Shown here: piece by piece, positions 9,904 through 20,388 of the stretch | How the letters are laid out: each line of letters starts with the position of its first letter | How positions within the stretch are numbered: the stretch's first letter is position 1 | NCBI GenBank assembly: GCA_964491375.1 | Contig: CAZBGL010000068.1 | Location: forward strand, 4,282 to 68,281 | Length of the DNA stretch: 64,000 nt | Direction: 5' to 3' | DNA from: an uncultured Thermodesulfobacteriota bacterium | GTDB lineage: Bacteria > Desulfobacterota > Deferrisomatia > Deferrisomatales > Deferrisomataceae | Made by a program: the position numbers and the translations under genes | The notes under the pieces: generated by a model | Told to the model about the DNA's origin: nothing | Seen by the model: the letters and a program-made list of their open reading frames with translations, nothing else | Database searches by the model: none

Positions 9904-10529
9904 CAGCGCTGGATCTCCACGAACTCGGCCCGTCGGTTCTTGGCCCAGGCCTCCTCGTTGTGCCGCGGGTCCAGCGGCATCTCCTCACCGTAGCTGATGA
10001 TGGTCATCCGGTTCGGGTCGATGCCCAGATCCATCAGGTACTGGTAGGCTGCCTTGGCCCTCCGCTCGCCGAGGGCGAGATTGTATTCCGTGGTGCCCCG
10101 CTCGTCACAGTGCCCCTCGATACGGATGCGCACCCCGGGGTTGGCGAGAAGGTACTCCGCGTTCTGCTTCAGCACCTCCCGGGCGTCCGGCCGGATCACG
10201 GCCTTGTCGAAGTCGAAGTGGATACGTTGGAGCCCGGGCGTCGTCTCTTTGGCGAGCCCCCTTTCCTCCGTCACCGGTTTTTCAGGCGCGGGTTCCGCTG
10301 CGCCCGTGCGGGCCGGCGGGGTCGGTGTGGGGGCCGGGATGGGCTTGGTTTCGCGGACCCTGGGCTGGGCCGGCTTAACCGGCTCCTTCACCGAGGTCAC
10401 CTTGGTGGAGGAGGGGCGGGTGGGGGTCTCCGCTTCCTGGCGCACCTGTTTCTTGGCACACCCTCCCAGCAGCAGGAAACCGAGGATCGCTCCGAGGCCG
10501 ACCACATACGGTAGCGAGCGTCCCTTCAT
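9903..10529 (-). CDS. pal: Peptidoglycan-associated lipoprotein Pal (OmpA family)
   Basis: 208-aa ORF with lipobox LLGGC. OmpA-like C-terminus IEGHCDERGTTEYNLALGERRA...NRRAEF. Confidence 0.92.
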   Translation of the reverse strand: MKGRSLPYVVGLGAILGFLLLGGCAKKQVRQEAETPTRPSSTKVTSVKEPVKPAQPRVRETKPIPAPTPTPPARTGAAEPAPEKPVTEERGLAKETTPGLQRIHFDFDKAVIRPDAREVLKQNAEYLLANPGVRIRIEGHCDERGTTEYNLALGERRAKAAYQYLMDLGIDPNRMTIISYGEEMPLDPRHNEEAWAKNRRAEFVEIQR

Positions 10530-10583
10530 GTTCCAACCTCCTTTTCGCCGAAGGAAACGATGCGATACTCAGACCCGGCTCCC

Positions 10584-11891
10584 CTAGGGACGGGCCGGTT
10601 CCCACGCCGGCTGGGACGCCCGTTCCCCGTCCGGCGTGATGCGTCGGAAATCGTGGCTCCCCACCCGGAACACGTAGACCGCCTCGCTTCCGTCCCGGTT
10701 GGACGTGACCGCCAGAAAACGCCCATCCGGCGACCACGACGGGTCGTACGTGTCATACGGTCCGGTCGTGAGTTGGCGGACCTCTTGACCCTCCGGGTCC
10801 ACAAGAAACACCTGGAACGTCCCCCGGGCGTCCTTGCCGGTGAACGCGATCCAGTCGCCCCGCGGAGACCAGTCGGGATCCCCGTTGTGGGTGCCGCTGA
10901 ACGTGAGGCGCCGAACGTCGCCCCCTTGGCGGTTCATCACGAAGATGTGGGGGTTGCCCATCCGGTCCGACACGAACGCGATCCATTTTCCGTCGGGTGA
11001 CCATGTGGGCGCAACATCAATGGCCCGGTCCCGAGTGAGCCGGACCAGCGACCGGTCGCTCTTGCGCAGGCGGTAGATGTCCGTGTTCCCGCGCTCCGAG
11101 AGCACCACCAGCAGTTCGGAGCCGTCCGGGGAGTCCCGCCCCCCCAGGTCCACGCCCTTCCGCCGCGACACCACCCAGTTCCTGCCGGTTCGCAGGTCCA
11201 GAAGGTAGAGATCCGCTTCCCCCAGCAGGTATGAAACGTAGTACAGATACCTCCCGTCGCGCGACCACGACGGGGTGATGCTCAGCGAGCCCGCCCGGGT
11301 CAGCCGGATGGGCCCATGCCCGTCCATGTCCACCAGGGCCAGTTCCTTTCCCCGCCCGCTCTGGACCACATAGGCGATGCGGGTACCAAAGGGGCCTGGC
11401 GCCCCCGTGAACTCCTCGACGAGGACGTTCGCGAACCGGTGGGCCACCGCGCGCGCGGCCTCGGGCAGGGCCTGGTAGCGCCTGAGCAGCAGCCGGCTGC
11501 GTTTGAGTACGTCGTATGCCCCCAGTTCCACCACCAGTTCGCCGTCGCGCAGGTCCACCCATCCCTTGACCACCAGTTCCGCGCCCACGGCGAACCAGTC
11601 CGCAAACCCCGCCGGTGTGGGCTCCACCGGCGCCCGTTGCGGATCCTCGAGATAGGCGGCCGGATCCAGAATCTCGAACAGACCCGACAATCCGAGGTCC
11701 CACCGCAGGGCCTCGGCGATGACCCGGTGGGCGTTTCCCACCCCTCCCGAACGGCGCTGCAACTCGGGGACCGCCGCAGGGATGGGGCGCAAGGCCGGTG
11801 CGTTGATGTCCAGATAGACCTTGGCGGCGCCCACGGTCCCGGCCGGCCAAGCCCCGAAGATCACGGCCAGAACCGCCGCCCAGCGCCTCAT
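10584..11891 (-). CDS. tolB: Tol-Pal system beta-propeller protein TolB
   Basis: Repeated propeller motifs (WSRDGRY, SPDGSEL, WSPDGKWIAF, WSPRGDWIAF, WSPDGRFLAV). The start is placed at the internal ATG (MRRWAAVLAV signal peptide). The track ORF extends to 11945. Confidence 0.9.
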   Translation of the reverse strand: MRRWAAVLAVIFGAWPAGTVGAAKVYLDINAPALRPIPAAVPELQRRSGGVGNAHRVIAEALRWDLGLSGLFEILDPAAYLEDPQRAPVEPTPAGFADWFAVGAELVVKGWVDLRDGELVVELGAYDVLKRSRLLLRRYQALPEAARAVAHRFANVLVEEFTGAPGPFGTRIAYVVQSGRGKELALVDMDGHGPIRLTRAGSLSITPSWSRDGRYLYYVSYLLGEADLYLLDLRTGRNWVVSRRKGVDLGGRDSPDGSELLVVLSERGNTDIYRLRKSDRSLVRLTRDRAIDVAPTWSPDGKWIAFVSDRMGNPHIFVMNRQGGDVRRLTFSGTHNGDPDWSPRGDWIAFTGKDARGTFQVFLVDPEGQEVRQLTTGPYDTYDPSWSPDGRFLAVTSNRDGSEAVYVFRVGSHDFRRITPDGERASQPAWEPARP

Positions 11892-12011
11892 CGGGCCCTT
11901 CCCTGGCATGCCTGGAGGCACGAAACCCCTCGAAAAATCAAGCAATCCAACGGTCGGCCACGATAGTATACGCCTCTTCCCAAGTCAAGGAGCCTCCCGC
12001 AGGGCTGCGCC

Positions 12012-12443
12012 TCAAAACAGAAAAGGGTTTGGGTCCCAGAAGGCCGCGCGCCGGTGCACGGCATAGGCGCTAGCGACAGCCGTGGTGAGCCCGGAGATCC
12101 ACAGGGCCGTTTCGAGGGTGCCCGCCCCCTGGCGGAAACCGAGCTCAGCGGCCAGGTCCGAAAGGGGCCAGGTGTGGAGTCCCACGGCCAGGCTTCCCAT
12201 CTGGAGCGCGTTGTAGGCCAGAACCAGATACCACGTGAGGCGCTGGGCCCGGACGATGCCGACCACGATGTGCACGAGCACGAGGCAGTCCAGCACCACG
12301 GCCGCACGGGCCGGGGCCCCTCTGAGCACCCAGGCGAAGACCGGATAGGGCTTCCGGTAGGCCGAAGCCGTGGACAGGAAGAGCAGGACGTAATAGAAGA
12401 GGAGCGCAAAGCTGGCAGGTCGCCTGCGGGCCGATGTGTTCAT
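12012..12443 (-). CDS. Hypothetical integral membrane protein (about 4 TM)
   Basis: C-terminal 143 codons of track ORF 12012..12884, starting at ATG 12443 ([23 protein letters not shown]). Hydrophobic helices and a coding-like G/C third-position bias. The start overlaps the rdgB stop. Confidence 0.55.
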   Translation of the reverse strand: MNTSARRRPASFALLFYYVLLFLSTASAYRKPYPVFAWVLRGAPARAAVVLDCLVLVHIVVGIVRAQRLTWYLVLAYNALQMGSLAVGLHTWPLSDLAAELGFRQGAGTLETALWISGLTTAVASAYAVHRRAAFWDPNPFLF

Positions 12444-13045
12444 GGCGAGGACGGGCGGGCCAGCTCCCGGAGCACGGGCATCAGCAGGCGGAGCGCCTTT
12501 CCACGGTGGCTGATCCGGTTCTTCACCTCGGGGTCGAGTTCCGCCATGGTGGCTCTCAGCTCGTCCACCCAGAAGAGGGGGTCGTACCCGAACCCCCCGG
12601 ATCCCCGCGGGGCTTCCAGGATCCGGCCGTGCACGCGGGCCTCGGCGGCCACCTCCCCCCGCCCGGGAAGGGCCAGCACCATGGAACACACGAACGCGGC
12701 GGTCCGCCGCTCGGGCGGAACGCCCCCCAGGCGCTCGAGCAGGAGCCGGTTGTTGTCCTCGTCGGTGGCGCCGGGCCCTGCGAACCGCGCGGATCGTACG
12801 CCCGGTTCCCCGCCCAGGGCGTCCACCGCCAGCCCGGAGTCGTCCGCCAGGACCGGCCTCCCGGTGACACGGGCGACGGTCCACGCCTTTTCCCGGGCGT
12901 TGGCGAGAAAGGTGTCTCCCTCTTCCCTGAGGGAGGGCGGGGTGTCCAGTGCGTCCAGACCCTCCACCCCGATTCCCGCGGGCCCGAGCGCCGCAGCGAT
13001 CTCCCGCAGTTTACCCCGGTTGCCCGTGGCCACGAGCAGTTTCAC
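12440..13045 (-). CDS. rdgB: dITP/XTP pyrophosphatase RdgB (Ham1 family)
   Basis: GTG start at 13045 ([15 protein letters not shown]). Motifs [13 protein letters not shown] and SHRG. The start overlaps the rph stop (GTGA). Confidence 0.9.
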   Translation of the reverse strand: MKLLVATGNRGKLREIAAALGPAGIGVEGLDALDTPPSLREEGDTFLANAREKAWTVARVTGRPVLADDSGLAVDALGGEPGVRSARFAGPGATDEDNNRLLLERLGGVPPERRTAAFVCSMVLALPGRGEVAAEARVHGRILEAPRGSGGFGYDPLFWVDELRATMAELDPEVKNRISHRGKALRLLMPVLRELARPSSP

Positions 13046-13767
13046 CCGATCTCCTCCTCCAGGGCCCGTTGCTGGACCTCCAGGAGTTGCCGGATGCCGG
13101 TCCAGGCCAGTTCCAGCAACGCGTCGAGGTGTTCCCGGGTGAACGGCCGTTCCTCGCCCGTGGCCTGCACCTCGACAAACTCGCCCCGGCCCGTCATGAC
13201 CACGTTCATGTCCAGATCCGCGGCCGAGTCCTCCCGGTAGTCCAGGTCCAACAGCGCCCGGCCGCCCACCAGGCCCACGCTCACGGCCGCCACGGCGTCC
13301 CGGACCGGGACCGTGCTGGTCACGTTGCGGGCCACGAGCGTGCGGAAGGCGTCCACCAGGGCCACATAGGCCCCGGTGATGGAGGCGGTGCGGGTGCCGC
13401 CGTCGGCCTGCAGGACGTCGCAGTCGATCCACACGGTGCGTTCGCCAAAGGCGTCCAGGTCGGTCACGGCCCGGAGCGACCGGCCGATCAAGCGCTGGAT
13501 CTCCAGGGTCCGCCCTCCCTGACGGCCCCGGCTGGCCTCCCGGGGGGTGCGGGTCTCCGTGGCCCGGGGAAGCATGCCGTACTCGGCCGTGACCCACCCC
13601 CTGCCGGTCCCTTTCAGGAACTGGGGCACCCCCTCCTCCACGCTGGCCGCGCACAACACCCGTGTCCCGCCGAGCTCGATCAGGGCGCTGCCCTCGGCGT
13701 ATTTCAGCACCGCCCGCTGAATGCGGACCGGCCGGAGTTCGGCGGGTCCGCGTCCATCTGCCCGCAT
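13042..13767 (-). CDS. rph: Ribonuclease PH
   Basis: ATG at 13767 ([14 protein letters not shown]). Motifs [15 protein letters not shown] and LDLDYREDS. 241 aa, the typical RNase PH length. Confidence 0.93.
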   Translation of the reverse strand: MRADGRGPAELRPVRIQRAVLKYAEGSALIELGGTRVLCAASVEEGVPQFLKGTGRGWVTAEYGMLPRATETRTPREASRGRQGGRTLEIQRLIGRSLRAVTDLDAFGERTVWIDCDVLQADGGTRTASITGAYVALVDAFRTLVARNVTSTVPVRDAVAAVSVGLVGGRALLDLDYREDSAADLDMNVVMTGRGEFVEVQATGEERPFTREHLDALLELAWTGIRQLLEVQQRALEEEIG

Positions 13768-13789
13768 GGCGCCTCCTGCAAGAAAGGGG

Positions 13790-14515
13790 TCAGCGGTTCT
13801 CGGGCTTCCCCGGCACGGAGGACCCGCGAAACCGTTCCACGGCCCGGGCCACGGCCTCGGCGAGGGCCAGGCGGCCGTCGCGGCTCCGGAGCCACGCCAC
13901 CTCGTCGGGCCAGGCCAGGTTGCCCAGTTCCAGCACCACGGCCGGACACGCCACGGCCTGGAGGACCGGGTTGGGCAGCACCGTGATCCCGCGGTCGAAG
14001 GTGGGCACGGAGTCCCGAAGTTCCTGCCTGAGCGCCTCGGCCCACTGCAGGCTCGCGGCCCGGTAAGGGACCTGGCCCCGGTCCCAGCGGAACGGGTCTC
14101 CGGGAGGCGCATCGGGCGCCACGAACAGTTCGAAGCCACGGCTCCGGCCCCTCCCTTTCCCGGCCAAGTGGATCGCCAGGAAGAGATCCGCCTCCCGGTA
14201 GTTGGCCAGGGCCGCCCGCAGCGACGGGGCCAGGGTCTGGTCCCCCGAGCGGGTCAGGAACACCACGAGCCCACGGGCCTCGAGGCGGCGGGCCACGCTC
14301 CGGCACAGTTCCAGGGCTACATCCTTCTCCCGTACGCCCTCCCCGGCCGCCCCGGCTTCGGCGCCCCCGTGGCCGGGGTCGAGCACCACGCGCCACGGCC
14401 GTTCGGATTGGAGCGGGGGCGCAGGCGTGCTATGCTCCACCGTGGCGCGGGCGGCCGCCGTCAGGACCCAGCAACAGACCAGAAGGATGACGGATCGTGG
14501 GGGCGCGGGCATCAC
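13790..14515 (-). CDS. N-acetylmuramoyl-L-alanine amidase (Amidase_3)
   Basis: 241-aa ORF with a signal peptide. Motifs [15 protein letters not shown] and LAIHLAG. Confidence 0.85.
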   Translation of the reverse strand: MMPAPPRSVILLVCCWVLTAAARATVEHSTPAPPLQSERPWRVVLDPGHGGAEAGAAGEGVREKDVALELCRSVARRLEARGLVVFLTRSGDQTLAPSLRAALANYREADLFLAIHLAGKGRGRSRGFELFVAPDAPPGDPFRWDRGQVPYRAASLQWAEALRQELRDSVPTFDRGITVLPNPVLQAVACPAVVLELGNLAWPDEVAWLRSRDGRLALAEAVARAVERFRGSSVPGKPENR

Positions 14516-14601
14516 AGGGCCGGAGAAAAGATGGCGGCCATGCTAGCCCAGGGGAAACGCGCTGTCAATTGAGGGTGTTGCGCGGGAGGAGGGTGGTGGC
14601 C

Positions 14602-14979
14602 ATGTGGCGCAAGACACTGGTCGCGGCGTTTCTGGTGGTGTGGGCGTGGAATGCGTGGCCGGGGGGCGCCGATCCCATCGTGGAGGAGGCGCGCCGGTCG
14701 GGAAGACCCGTCTTCGCGGAGTTCGTGTCCAAGACCTGCCCTGCGTGCGACGAACTGCGCCCCGTCGTGGACCGGGTGCTGGAGCGCTTCCCCGGCTTCG
14801 TCCACCGGATCTACGACGCGGACGAAGAAAAGGAACTGGCGAGACGTTACGGCGTGAAGTGCGTGCCGGTGATCGTGATCGTGGACCCGGAGGGCCGCGT
14901 GCGGTTCAACCAGGTGGGGTTCTGGACGGAGGAAGAACTCGTGGACATCCTCCGCACAGCAGGCCGGGAATCCCGTTGA
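14602..14979 (+). CDS. Thioredoxin-fold protein with signal peptide (CxxC)
   Basis: ATG 14602 preceded by GGGAGGAGGG. N-terminal hydrophobic segment, TCPAC redox motif and CVPVIVIVD. Confidence 0.75.
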   Translation: MWRKTLVAAFLVVWAWNAWPGGADPIVEEARRSGRPVFAEFVSKTCPACDELRPVVDRVLERFPGFVHRIYDADEEKELARRYGVKCVPVIVIVDPEGRVRFNQVGFWTEEELVDILRTAGRESR

Positions 14980-15004
14980 CACCCCCCGGGGTCGTGTCTA
15001 GGTT
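14976..15004 (+). promoter_or_regulatory. Sigma70-like promoter for dnaJ-hspR with an embedded inverted repeat
   Basis: TTGACA (14976-14981), a 17-nt spacer, then TAGGTT (14999-15004). The spacer contains the inverted repeat GACAC-N11-GTGTC (14978-14998). Confidence 0.4.
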
Positions 15005-15055
15005 TCCGGCCTGCGGCCGGGCACCTGCCCGGACCCCAGGCACGGAGAGGGCGCG

Positions 15056-16108
15056 ATGGCCAAGCGGGACTACTACGAGGTGCTCGGTGTGGGCCGCAAC
15101 GCGAGCACCGAGGAGATCAAGAAGGCCTACCGGAAACTGGCCCGCAAGTACCATCCGGACGTGAATCCCGGCGACAAACGGGCCGAGGAGCGGTTCAAGG
15201 AGATCTCGGAGGCCTACGAGGTCCTGTCCGATCCCGAGAAGCGCAAGCAGTACGATGCCCTGGGACACGGGGCGTTTCAGGGTTTCCAGGGCGGCGGGGC
15301 CGCCTGGGAGGACTTCGGGTCCAAGGGCTTCGGCCCCGGCGGATTCGACTTTTCCGATCTGTTCGGCGACCTGTTCGGCGAAGGCGAACCGTTCGGACGA
15401 CGGGGGCCCCGGAAGGGGGCGGACCTCGAGTACGAGCTCACGGTGGATTTCCGTGAGGCGGTGCTGGGCACGGAGAAGGAGATCTCCTTCCAGCGCCGGG
15501 CGCCCTGCCCGGACTGTTCGGGAACCGGGTACCGGCCGGGTAGCGGCGGGGGGACGTGCGGGCAGTGTCGGGGGACCGGCACGGTGCGATCGACCCGGGG
15601 CATCCTGAGCGTGCAGCAGACGTGCCCCCGGTGCGGGGGGAGCGGCCGGCTCCCGGGCACTCCGTGCGGCCGGTGCCGGGGCAGCGGCGCCGTGCCCAGG
15701 GCCGAACGGATCCGGGTGCGCATTCCCCCGGGGGTGGACGAGGGCTCCAGGGTGCGGGTTGCGGGCCGGGGGGAGGCCGGGCCGGCCGGGGGGCCCCCGG
15801 GCGATCTCTACATCCGCATCCGGGTGCGGCCCGACCCCCGTTTCCGCAGGGAGGGGGACAATCTGGTGACCACGGTGCGGGTTCCCCTGCTCGACGCGCT
15901 CCTGGGCGGCACGGTGGAGGTGCCCACCCTCGACCGGCCGGTTCGGATGAAGGTGCCGCCCGGCACCCAGAACGGCCAGCGTTTCCGCCTGCGAGGAAAA
16001 GGGGTGCCGGGCCGGGGGGATCTGTACGCCGAGGTCCAGGTGGAGATTCCCAAGCGGATCGACCCCGAGGTGCGGAGCGTCCTGGAGGGGCTCCGGGGGC
16101 GGCTCTGA
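15056..16108 (+). CDS. dnaJ: Molecular chaperone DnaJ (type I, zinc-finger containing)
   Basis: J-domain DYYEVLGV...KYHPDVN, a G/F-rich linker and four CxxCxGxG motifs ([32 protein letters not shown]). Confidence 0.92.
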   Translation: MAKRDYYEVLGVGRNASTEEIKKAYRKLARKYHPDVNPGDKRAEERFKEISEAYEVLSDPEKRKQYDALGHGAFQGFQGGGAAWEDFGSKGFGPGGFDFSDLFGDLFGEGEPFGRRGPRKGADLEYELTVDFREAVLGTEKEISFQRRAPCPDCSGTGYRPGSGGGTCGQCRGTGTVRSTRGILSVQQTCPRCGGSGRLPGTPCGRCRGSGAVPRAERIRVRIPPGVDEGSRVRVAGRGEAGPAGGPPGDLYIRIRVRPDPRFRREGDNLVTTVRVPLLDALLGGTVEVPTLDRPVRMKVPPGTQNGQRFRLRGKGVPGRGDLYAEVQVEIPKRIDPEVRSVLEGLRGRL

Positions 16109-16129
16109 GACCCGACCGGAGGTGCGGGG

Positions 16130-16519
16130 ATGCGCAAGGCGGTCAAGCTGTACCGGATCCGCGAGGTCGTGGAGGCCACGGGGGTGAGCCGCAGGACGCT
16201 CCGGATGTACGTGGAGGCGGGTTTGATCGAGCCCGCGGCACGGGAGGGTCGCAGCCCCCTGTTCGACGAGCAGGCGCTCGAGACCGTGCGCCGCATCCGG
16301 AGGATCCGGGAGGACCTGGGAGTGAACCTGGCGGGGATCCAGGTGATTCTCGAGATGCGGCGCAAGATCGAGGAACTCCAGCAGAGCCTGGACGAGGTGG
16401 TGCGGTTCGTGCGCGAAGAGCTGCGTGCCGAACTGGAGCACTACCTGCGCCGCCGTGAAAAGGCGGTGGTGCCCAAGCCCCTCGGAAGGCCTCCCAAGCC
16501 CTGGGACGACGGAGCGTAG
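16130..16519 (+). CDS. MerR-family heat-shock regulator (HspR/CbpM-like)
   Basis: 129-aa ORF with an N-terminal MerR HTH (YRIREVVEATGVSRRTLRMYVEAGLIEP) and a coiled-coil C-terminus. Lies directly downstream of dnaJ, as in cbpA/dnaJ-hspR operons. Confidence 0.8.
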   Translation: MRKAVKLYRIREVVEATGVSRRTLRMYVEAGLIEPAAREGRSPLFDEQALETVRRIRRIREDLGVNLAGIQVILEMRRKIEELQQSLDEVVRFVREELRAELEHYLRRREKAVVPKPLGRPPKPWDDGA

Positions 16520-16532
16520 CCCCTCCGGGCCC

Positions 16533-18962
16533 ATGGGGACGGTCCGGGATCCCCGCCTGGTTCCGGTTGCCGCCCTGCTCGCCTACGCCGGGGGGATGTG
16601 GGCCGCCCGCAGCCCCGGCGTGGGATGGCTGCTTGCGGCGGCCGGGGCGTGCCTGGGGTTCGCCGGGGCCCGGCGCTCGGCGGGGGTGCTCGGCTTCCTG
16701 GCCCTGGGCCTGCTGGCCGCCGCAGGCCGGTGGAACGCACCGGAGGCCCCCGGGGGGTCCCTCCCCCTCGAGCGACCCCTGCGAGTGCGGGGCCGGGTGG
16801 TGGACGACCCCCGGCCCACCGAAGACGGATTCCGGTGCCTCGTGGAGGTGGCCGCGGTGGCCCCGGCCGAGCCGGGACCGTGGAAACGGGCCCGGGGCCG
16901 GGTGTTGCTGCGCATCCGGGGCCGGCCTCCGGACGCGCCGGCCCGCGGTGACGAGGTGGTGTTCCGGTCCCGCCTGCGTCCTCCGCTGGCCTTTCGAAAC
17001 CCGGGGTCGGAAGGCTACCGTGCGTATCTCCGGCGCCGGGGGGTGGTGGCCCGGGCTTCGGCCCGGTGGCCGGGCCAGGTGCTCGTCGCGGCTCCGGGGC
17101 CCCGGGGACCGCCCCTCCTCCGCTGGCGCCGGGCTCTCACCCGGGCCGTGCGCGCCGCCGCGCCCGGAGCGGGCGGAGCGGTGCTGGCCGCCGTGACCAC
17201 CGGGGACCGCTCCGGGCTGGATCCCGGTCTGCGGGACCTCCTGCGCCGGACCGGTACGGCCCACCTCGTGGCCATTTCGGGGCTCCATCTGGCCGCGGCG
17301 GCCCTTCTCCTGACACCCCTTGCCCGACGAATTCTGCTGCGTTTCGCTCCCTCCGTATTTCTGGCGTACCCCGTTGAACCCGTTGCCCGGCTGGCCGCGC
17401 TCCCCGTGCTCGTGGGCTACGCGGCCCTGTCCGGGTGGCAGGTGAGCACGGTGCGGGCCCTCGTGATGCTGGCCCTCCTCCTGGTGGCCGGAGCGCTGGC
17501 CCGGCCCACGGCGGTGCCGTCCGTGCTGGCGTCCACGGCCCTGGTGATCGGTCTGGCCGCGCCCGGGGCGCTCGCGGACCCGGGGTTGCACCTGTCCTTG
17601 GCCGCCCTTGCGGGCATCTTCTGGCTGGGGCCCAGGATCGAGGCGCTGGGCAGGAGTCCCGGGGGCCCCCTGGAAATGCGCGCGTCGGCCCGAGGGGGGC
17701 TCGCGCGGATCGGAGGAGGGGTGCTGGCCCGCGTGCGGAACCTTGCGGCGGCGAGCACCGGCGCGGCCCTGGCCACCCTGCCGGTCACGGTGTTCCATTT
17801 CGGGTCCGCCCCCCTCGCAGGCATCGCGCTCAACGTGGTGTCGGTGCCCCTGGTGGGGTACCTGGGCGTTCCCCTGGGGCTGGCCGGGGTGGTTCTCCAT
17901 CCGGTCGCCCCGGCCGCGGCCGCATGGCTCTGGAGGGGGGGCGGTCGGGTTCTGGATCTGTGGCTCCGGGGGGTTGCCGCAATCGCCCCCGGAACCCCGC
18001 CCCTCTGGCCCGGTGCGGGTACGCTCGCCGGGCTCGCGGGATGGAGCGCGGTGGTGGGGGGAGCGGGGGTGGCCCTGGGTGCGAAAAGGAACCGCAGGCG
18101 CGGTCTTGTCGTCGCGGTGGCCGGCATGGGGCTCGTGCTGGCCCCGGGGGTGGCCCGGGAGTTCGTCGCCCGCACGGACCCCCGGGTGCACGTATGGGTG
18201 CTGGACGTGGGCCAGGGCCAGGCCGTGGCGCTCCGCCTGCCGGGCGGGCGGTGGATGATGGTGGACGGGGGCGGGTTCCCCGGCACGTCCTTTGACGTGG
18301 GAGCCCGGGTGGTGAGGCCTGCCCTGGAGGCCCTGGGGGCGCGGCGCCTGTGGGTGGTGGTGTCCACCCATCCCCACCCCGACCACGTGGCCGGGCTTCC
18401 CTCGCTGGTGCGCTGGGGCCGGCCCCAGGAGGTGTGGCTCCCGGCCTCCTTCCGGGGAGATGGCCGGTACGGTTCCCTCTTGGAGGCCGCGGCCCGCAGT
18501 GGGGCAAGGGCCGTCTGGATCGGCCCGGCCGGCATTGTGAGGCACGGTCGGGGGTGGGCGGTCCGGGCCGCAGCACCCGAGGGGGTCACCGACAACGACC
18601 GGAGCCTGGCGTTGCGGGTGTCCGCGGCCGGGCGGGCCGTGCTCCTGCCGGGGGACCTGGAGCGGGAGGGACAGGAGACCCTGCTGGCCTCGGGGTTTCC
18701 GGTGCGGGCCGACGTACTCGTGGCGCCCCACCACGGTGCGTCCGACGCCACGTGGCCGTACTTCCTGCGGCGGGTGCGTCCGCAAGCCGTGGTGATCTCG
18801 GCCGGGAGCAGGCCGGGGTTGCCCTCTCCTTCCTTCGGAGAGGCGGCCCGGAGTCTGGGCGTGGACGTGGTGTCCACCCGCGCGCGCGGATGCGTGCACG
18901 TGTGGTTCGGGCCGGGAGGGTGGGGGATCCGCGGTTTCGTTGACACCTTTGGGGGTATCTGA
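16533..18962 (+). CDS. comEC: DNA internalization-related competence protein ComEC/Rec2
   Basis: In-frame ATG 16533 (MGTVRDPRLVP). Multi-TM competence domain (TGTAHLVAISGLHL) and a C-terminal metallo-beta-lactamase domain (LDVGQGQA, HPHPDHVAG). Confidence 0.88.
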   Translation: MGTVRDPRLVPVAALLAYAGGMWAARSPGVGWLLAAAGACLGFAGARRSAGVLGFLALGLLAAAGRWNAPEAPGGSLPLERPLRVRGRVVDDPRPTEDGFRCLVEVAAVAPAEPGPWKRARGRVLLRIRGRPPDAPARGDEVVFRSRLRPPLAFRNPGSEGYRAYLRRRGVVARASARWPGQVLVAAPGPRGPPLLRWRRALTRAVRAAAPGAGGAVLAAVTTGDRSGLDPGLRDLLRRTGTAHLVAISGLHLAAAALLLTPLARRILLRFAPSVFLAYPVEPVARLAALPVLVGYAALSGWQVSTVRALVMLALLLVAGALARPTAVPSVLASTALVIGLAAPGALADPGLHLSLAALAGIFWLGPRIEALGRSPGGPLEMRASARGGLARIGGGVLARVRNLAAASTGAALATLPVTVFHFGSAPLAGIALNVVSVPLVGYLGVPLGLAGVVLHPVAPAAAAWLWRGGGRVLDLWLRGVAAIAPGTPPLWPGAGTLAGLAGWSAVVGGAGVALGAKRNRRRGLVVAVAGMGLVLAPGVAREFVARTDPRVHVWVLDVGQGQAVALRLPGGRWMMVDGGGFPGTSFDVGARVVRPALEALGARRLWVVVSTHPHPDHVAGLPSLVRWGRPQEVWLPASFRGDGRYGSLLEAAARSGARAVWIGPAGIVRHGRGWAVRAAAPEGVTDNDRSLALRVSAAGRAVLLPGDLEREGQETLLASGFPVRADVLVAPHHGASDATWPYFLRRVRPQAVVISAGSRPGLPSPSFGEAARSLGVDVVSTRARGCVHVWFGPGGWGIRGFVDTFGGI

Positions 18963-18996
18963 TACGTTCACGGTTCATTCGCTAGGTCGGGACCCC

Positions 18997-20373
18997 ATGC
19001 AGCCTCCCTCTCTTCTCGTCGTTGACGACGACGCTTTCTTCCGAACGTTCTGCGCCGACATCCTTCGCCAAGAGGGGTTCGAGGTCCAGGCCGCGGCGTC
19101 CGGCCGCGAGGCCCTGGAATGGCTGGGGCGGCGGGCGTTCGACCTGGTCCTGGCCGACATCTACATGCCCGGGATGACCGGCCTGGAGCTCCTCCAGGCC
19201 GTGAAGGCCCGCAGCCCGGCGCTGGACGTGATCATCATGACCGGGTACGCGTCCATTGATACCGCGGTGCGGGCCCTCAAGCACGGCGCGGCGGACTACC
19301 TGCGGAAGCCCTTTGCGGCGCAGGAGCTCGTGGCCGTGGTGGAGGCGGTGCTGGCACAGCAGCGGCTGTGCCGGGAGCACGAACGGCTCAAGCGGCAGCT
19401 CGAGCTGTACCAGCTCTCGCGGGCCTTTGTGGGCGTGGAGGACCCCGACCGGGTGCTGCGCCTGGGGCTGGAGGCGGTGTGCAACGCCACGGGATGCCCG
19501 GCCGGGGTCGTGCTGCTGGCCGGTCCGGACGGGCCGCCCGTGGTGGCCCGTTTCCGGGGACTCGAAAGAGACGGGGCGGAAGAGGTGGCCCGCCACCTCG
19601 GTGGGCACGGGCTGCTCCGGGTCGCGGATCGGCCCCGGATCCTGGGACGGGGGTGGTTGGGCCGCGTGCGGGAAACGCCGCCCCGGGGAATGCGCGAGGC
19701 CCTCTGCCTGCCCTTCCGGGTGGTGGGCGGCGGGAACGGCTGGTTCGTGGTGTGGCGGCCTGGGGGAGGGGCGAGGATCGGCCAGGAGGCCGTGGAGAAC
19801 GGCCGGTTCCTGGTCCGGCAGGTGGAGTTCGCGTACGAGGCCGCAAGCCGTTTCCAGGAGGCCCGGCGGCTGGCCTATATCGACCCGCTCACGGACCTCT
19901 ACAACGCGCGGTATCTGGAAAAGGTCCTGGACGACAGCATCGAGGAGTCCCGGCGCACGGGGCAACCGTTCAGCCTGCTCTTCCTCGATCTGGATCGGTT
20001 CAAGGAGATCAACGACGCCCACGGCCACCTGGTGGGAGGCAAGGTGCTGATCGAGGTGAGCCGGGTGCTGGCCTCGAACCTCCGGGAGCGCGACGTGCTG
20101 GTCCGGTACGGGGGCGACGAGTTCGTGGTGGTGCTGCCCGGGGCGGGGCCGGACGAGGCCACCGAGGTGGCCGAGCGCATCCGGGCGGCGGTGCGGGACC
20201 ACCGGTTCCTGGGCCGCGAGGGCCGGGACATCCGGCTCACCGCCTCGGTGGGGGTGGCCACGTTCCCGGAAGACGCCCGGAGCCGGGAGGAGTTGATCGA
20301 CCGGGCCGACCGGGCCATGTACCGGAACAAGGACCAGATCCGGGATTCCATCTACATGGCCCGGGTTCTCTGA
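18997..20373 (+). CDS. Response regulator with GGDEF diguanylate cyclase output
   Basis: ATG 18997 (MQPPSLLVVDDD). Receiver motifs LVLADIYMPGMTG and KP. Central GAF-like region. GGDEF domain with RYGGDEFVVVL. Confidence 0.9.
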   Translation: MQPPSLLVVDDDAFFRTFCADILRQEGFEVQAAASGREALEWLGRRAFDLVLADIYMPGMTGLELLQAVKARSPALDVIIMTGYASIDTAVRALKHGAADYLRKPFAAQELVAVVEAVLAQQRLCREHERLKRQLELYQLSRAFVGVEDPDRVLRLGLEAVCNATGCPAGVVLLAGPDGPPVVARFRGLERDGAEEVARHLGGHGLLRVADRPRILGRGWLGRVRETPPRGMREALCLPFRVVGGGNGWFVVWRPGGGARIGQEAVENGRFLVRQVEFAYEAASRFQEARRLAYIDPLTDLYNARYLEKVLDDSIEESRRTGQPFSLLFLDLDRFKEINDAHGHLVGGKVLIEVSRVLASNLRERDVLVRYGGDEFVVVLPGAGPDEATEVAERIRAAVRDHRFLGREGRDIRLTASVGVATFPEDARSREELIDRADRAMYRNKDQIRDSIYMARVL

Positions 20374-20388
20374 GTCGGAAGGGACGCC

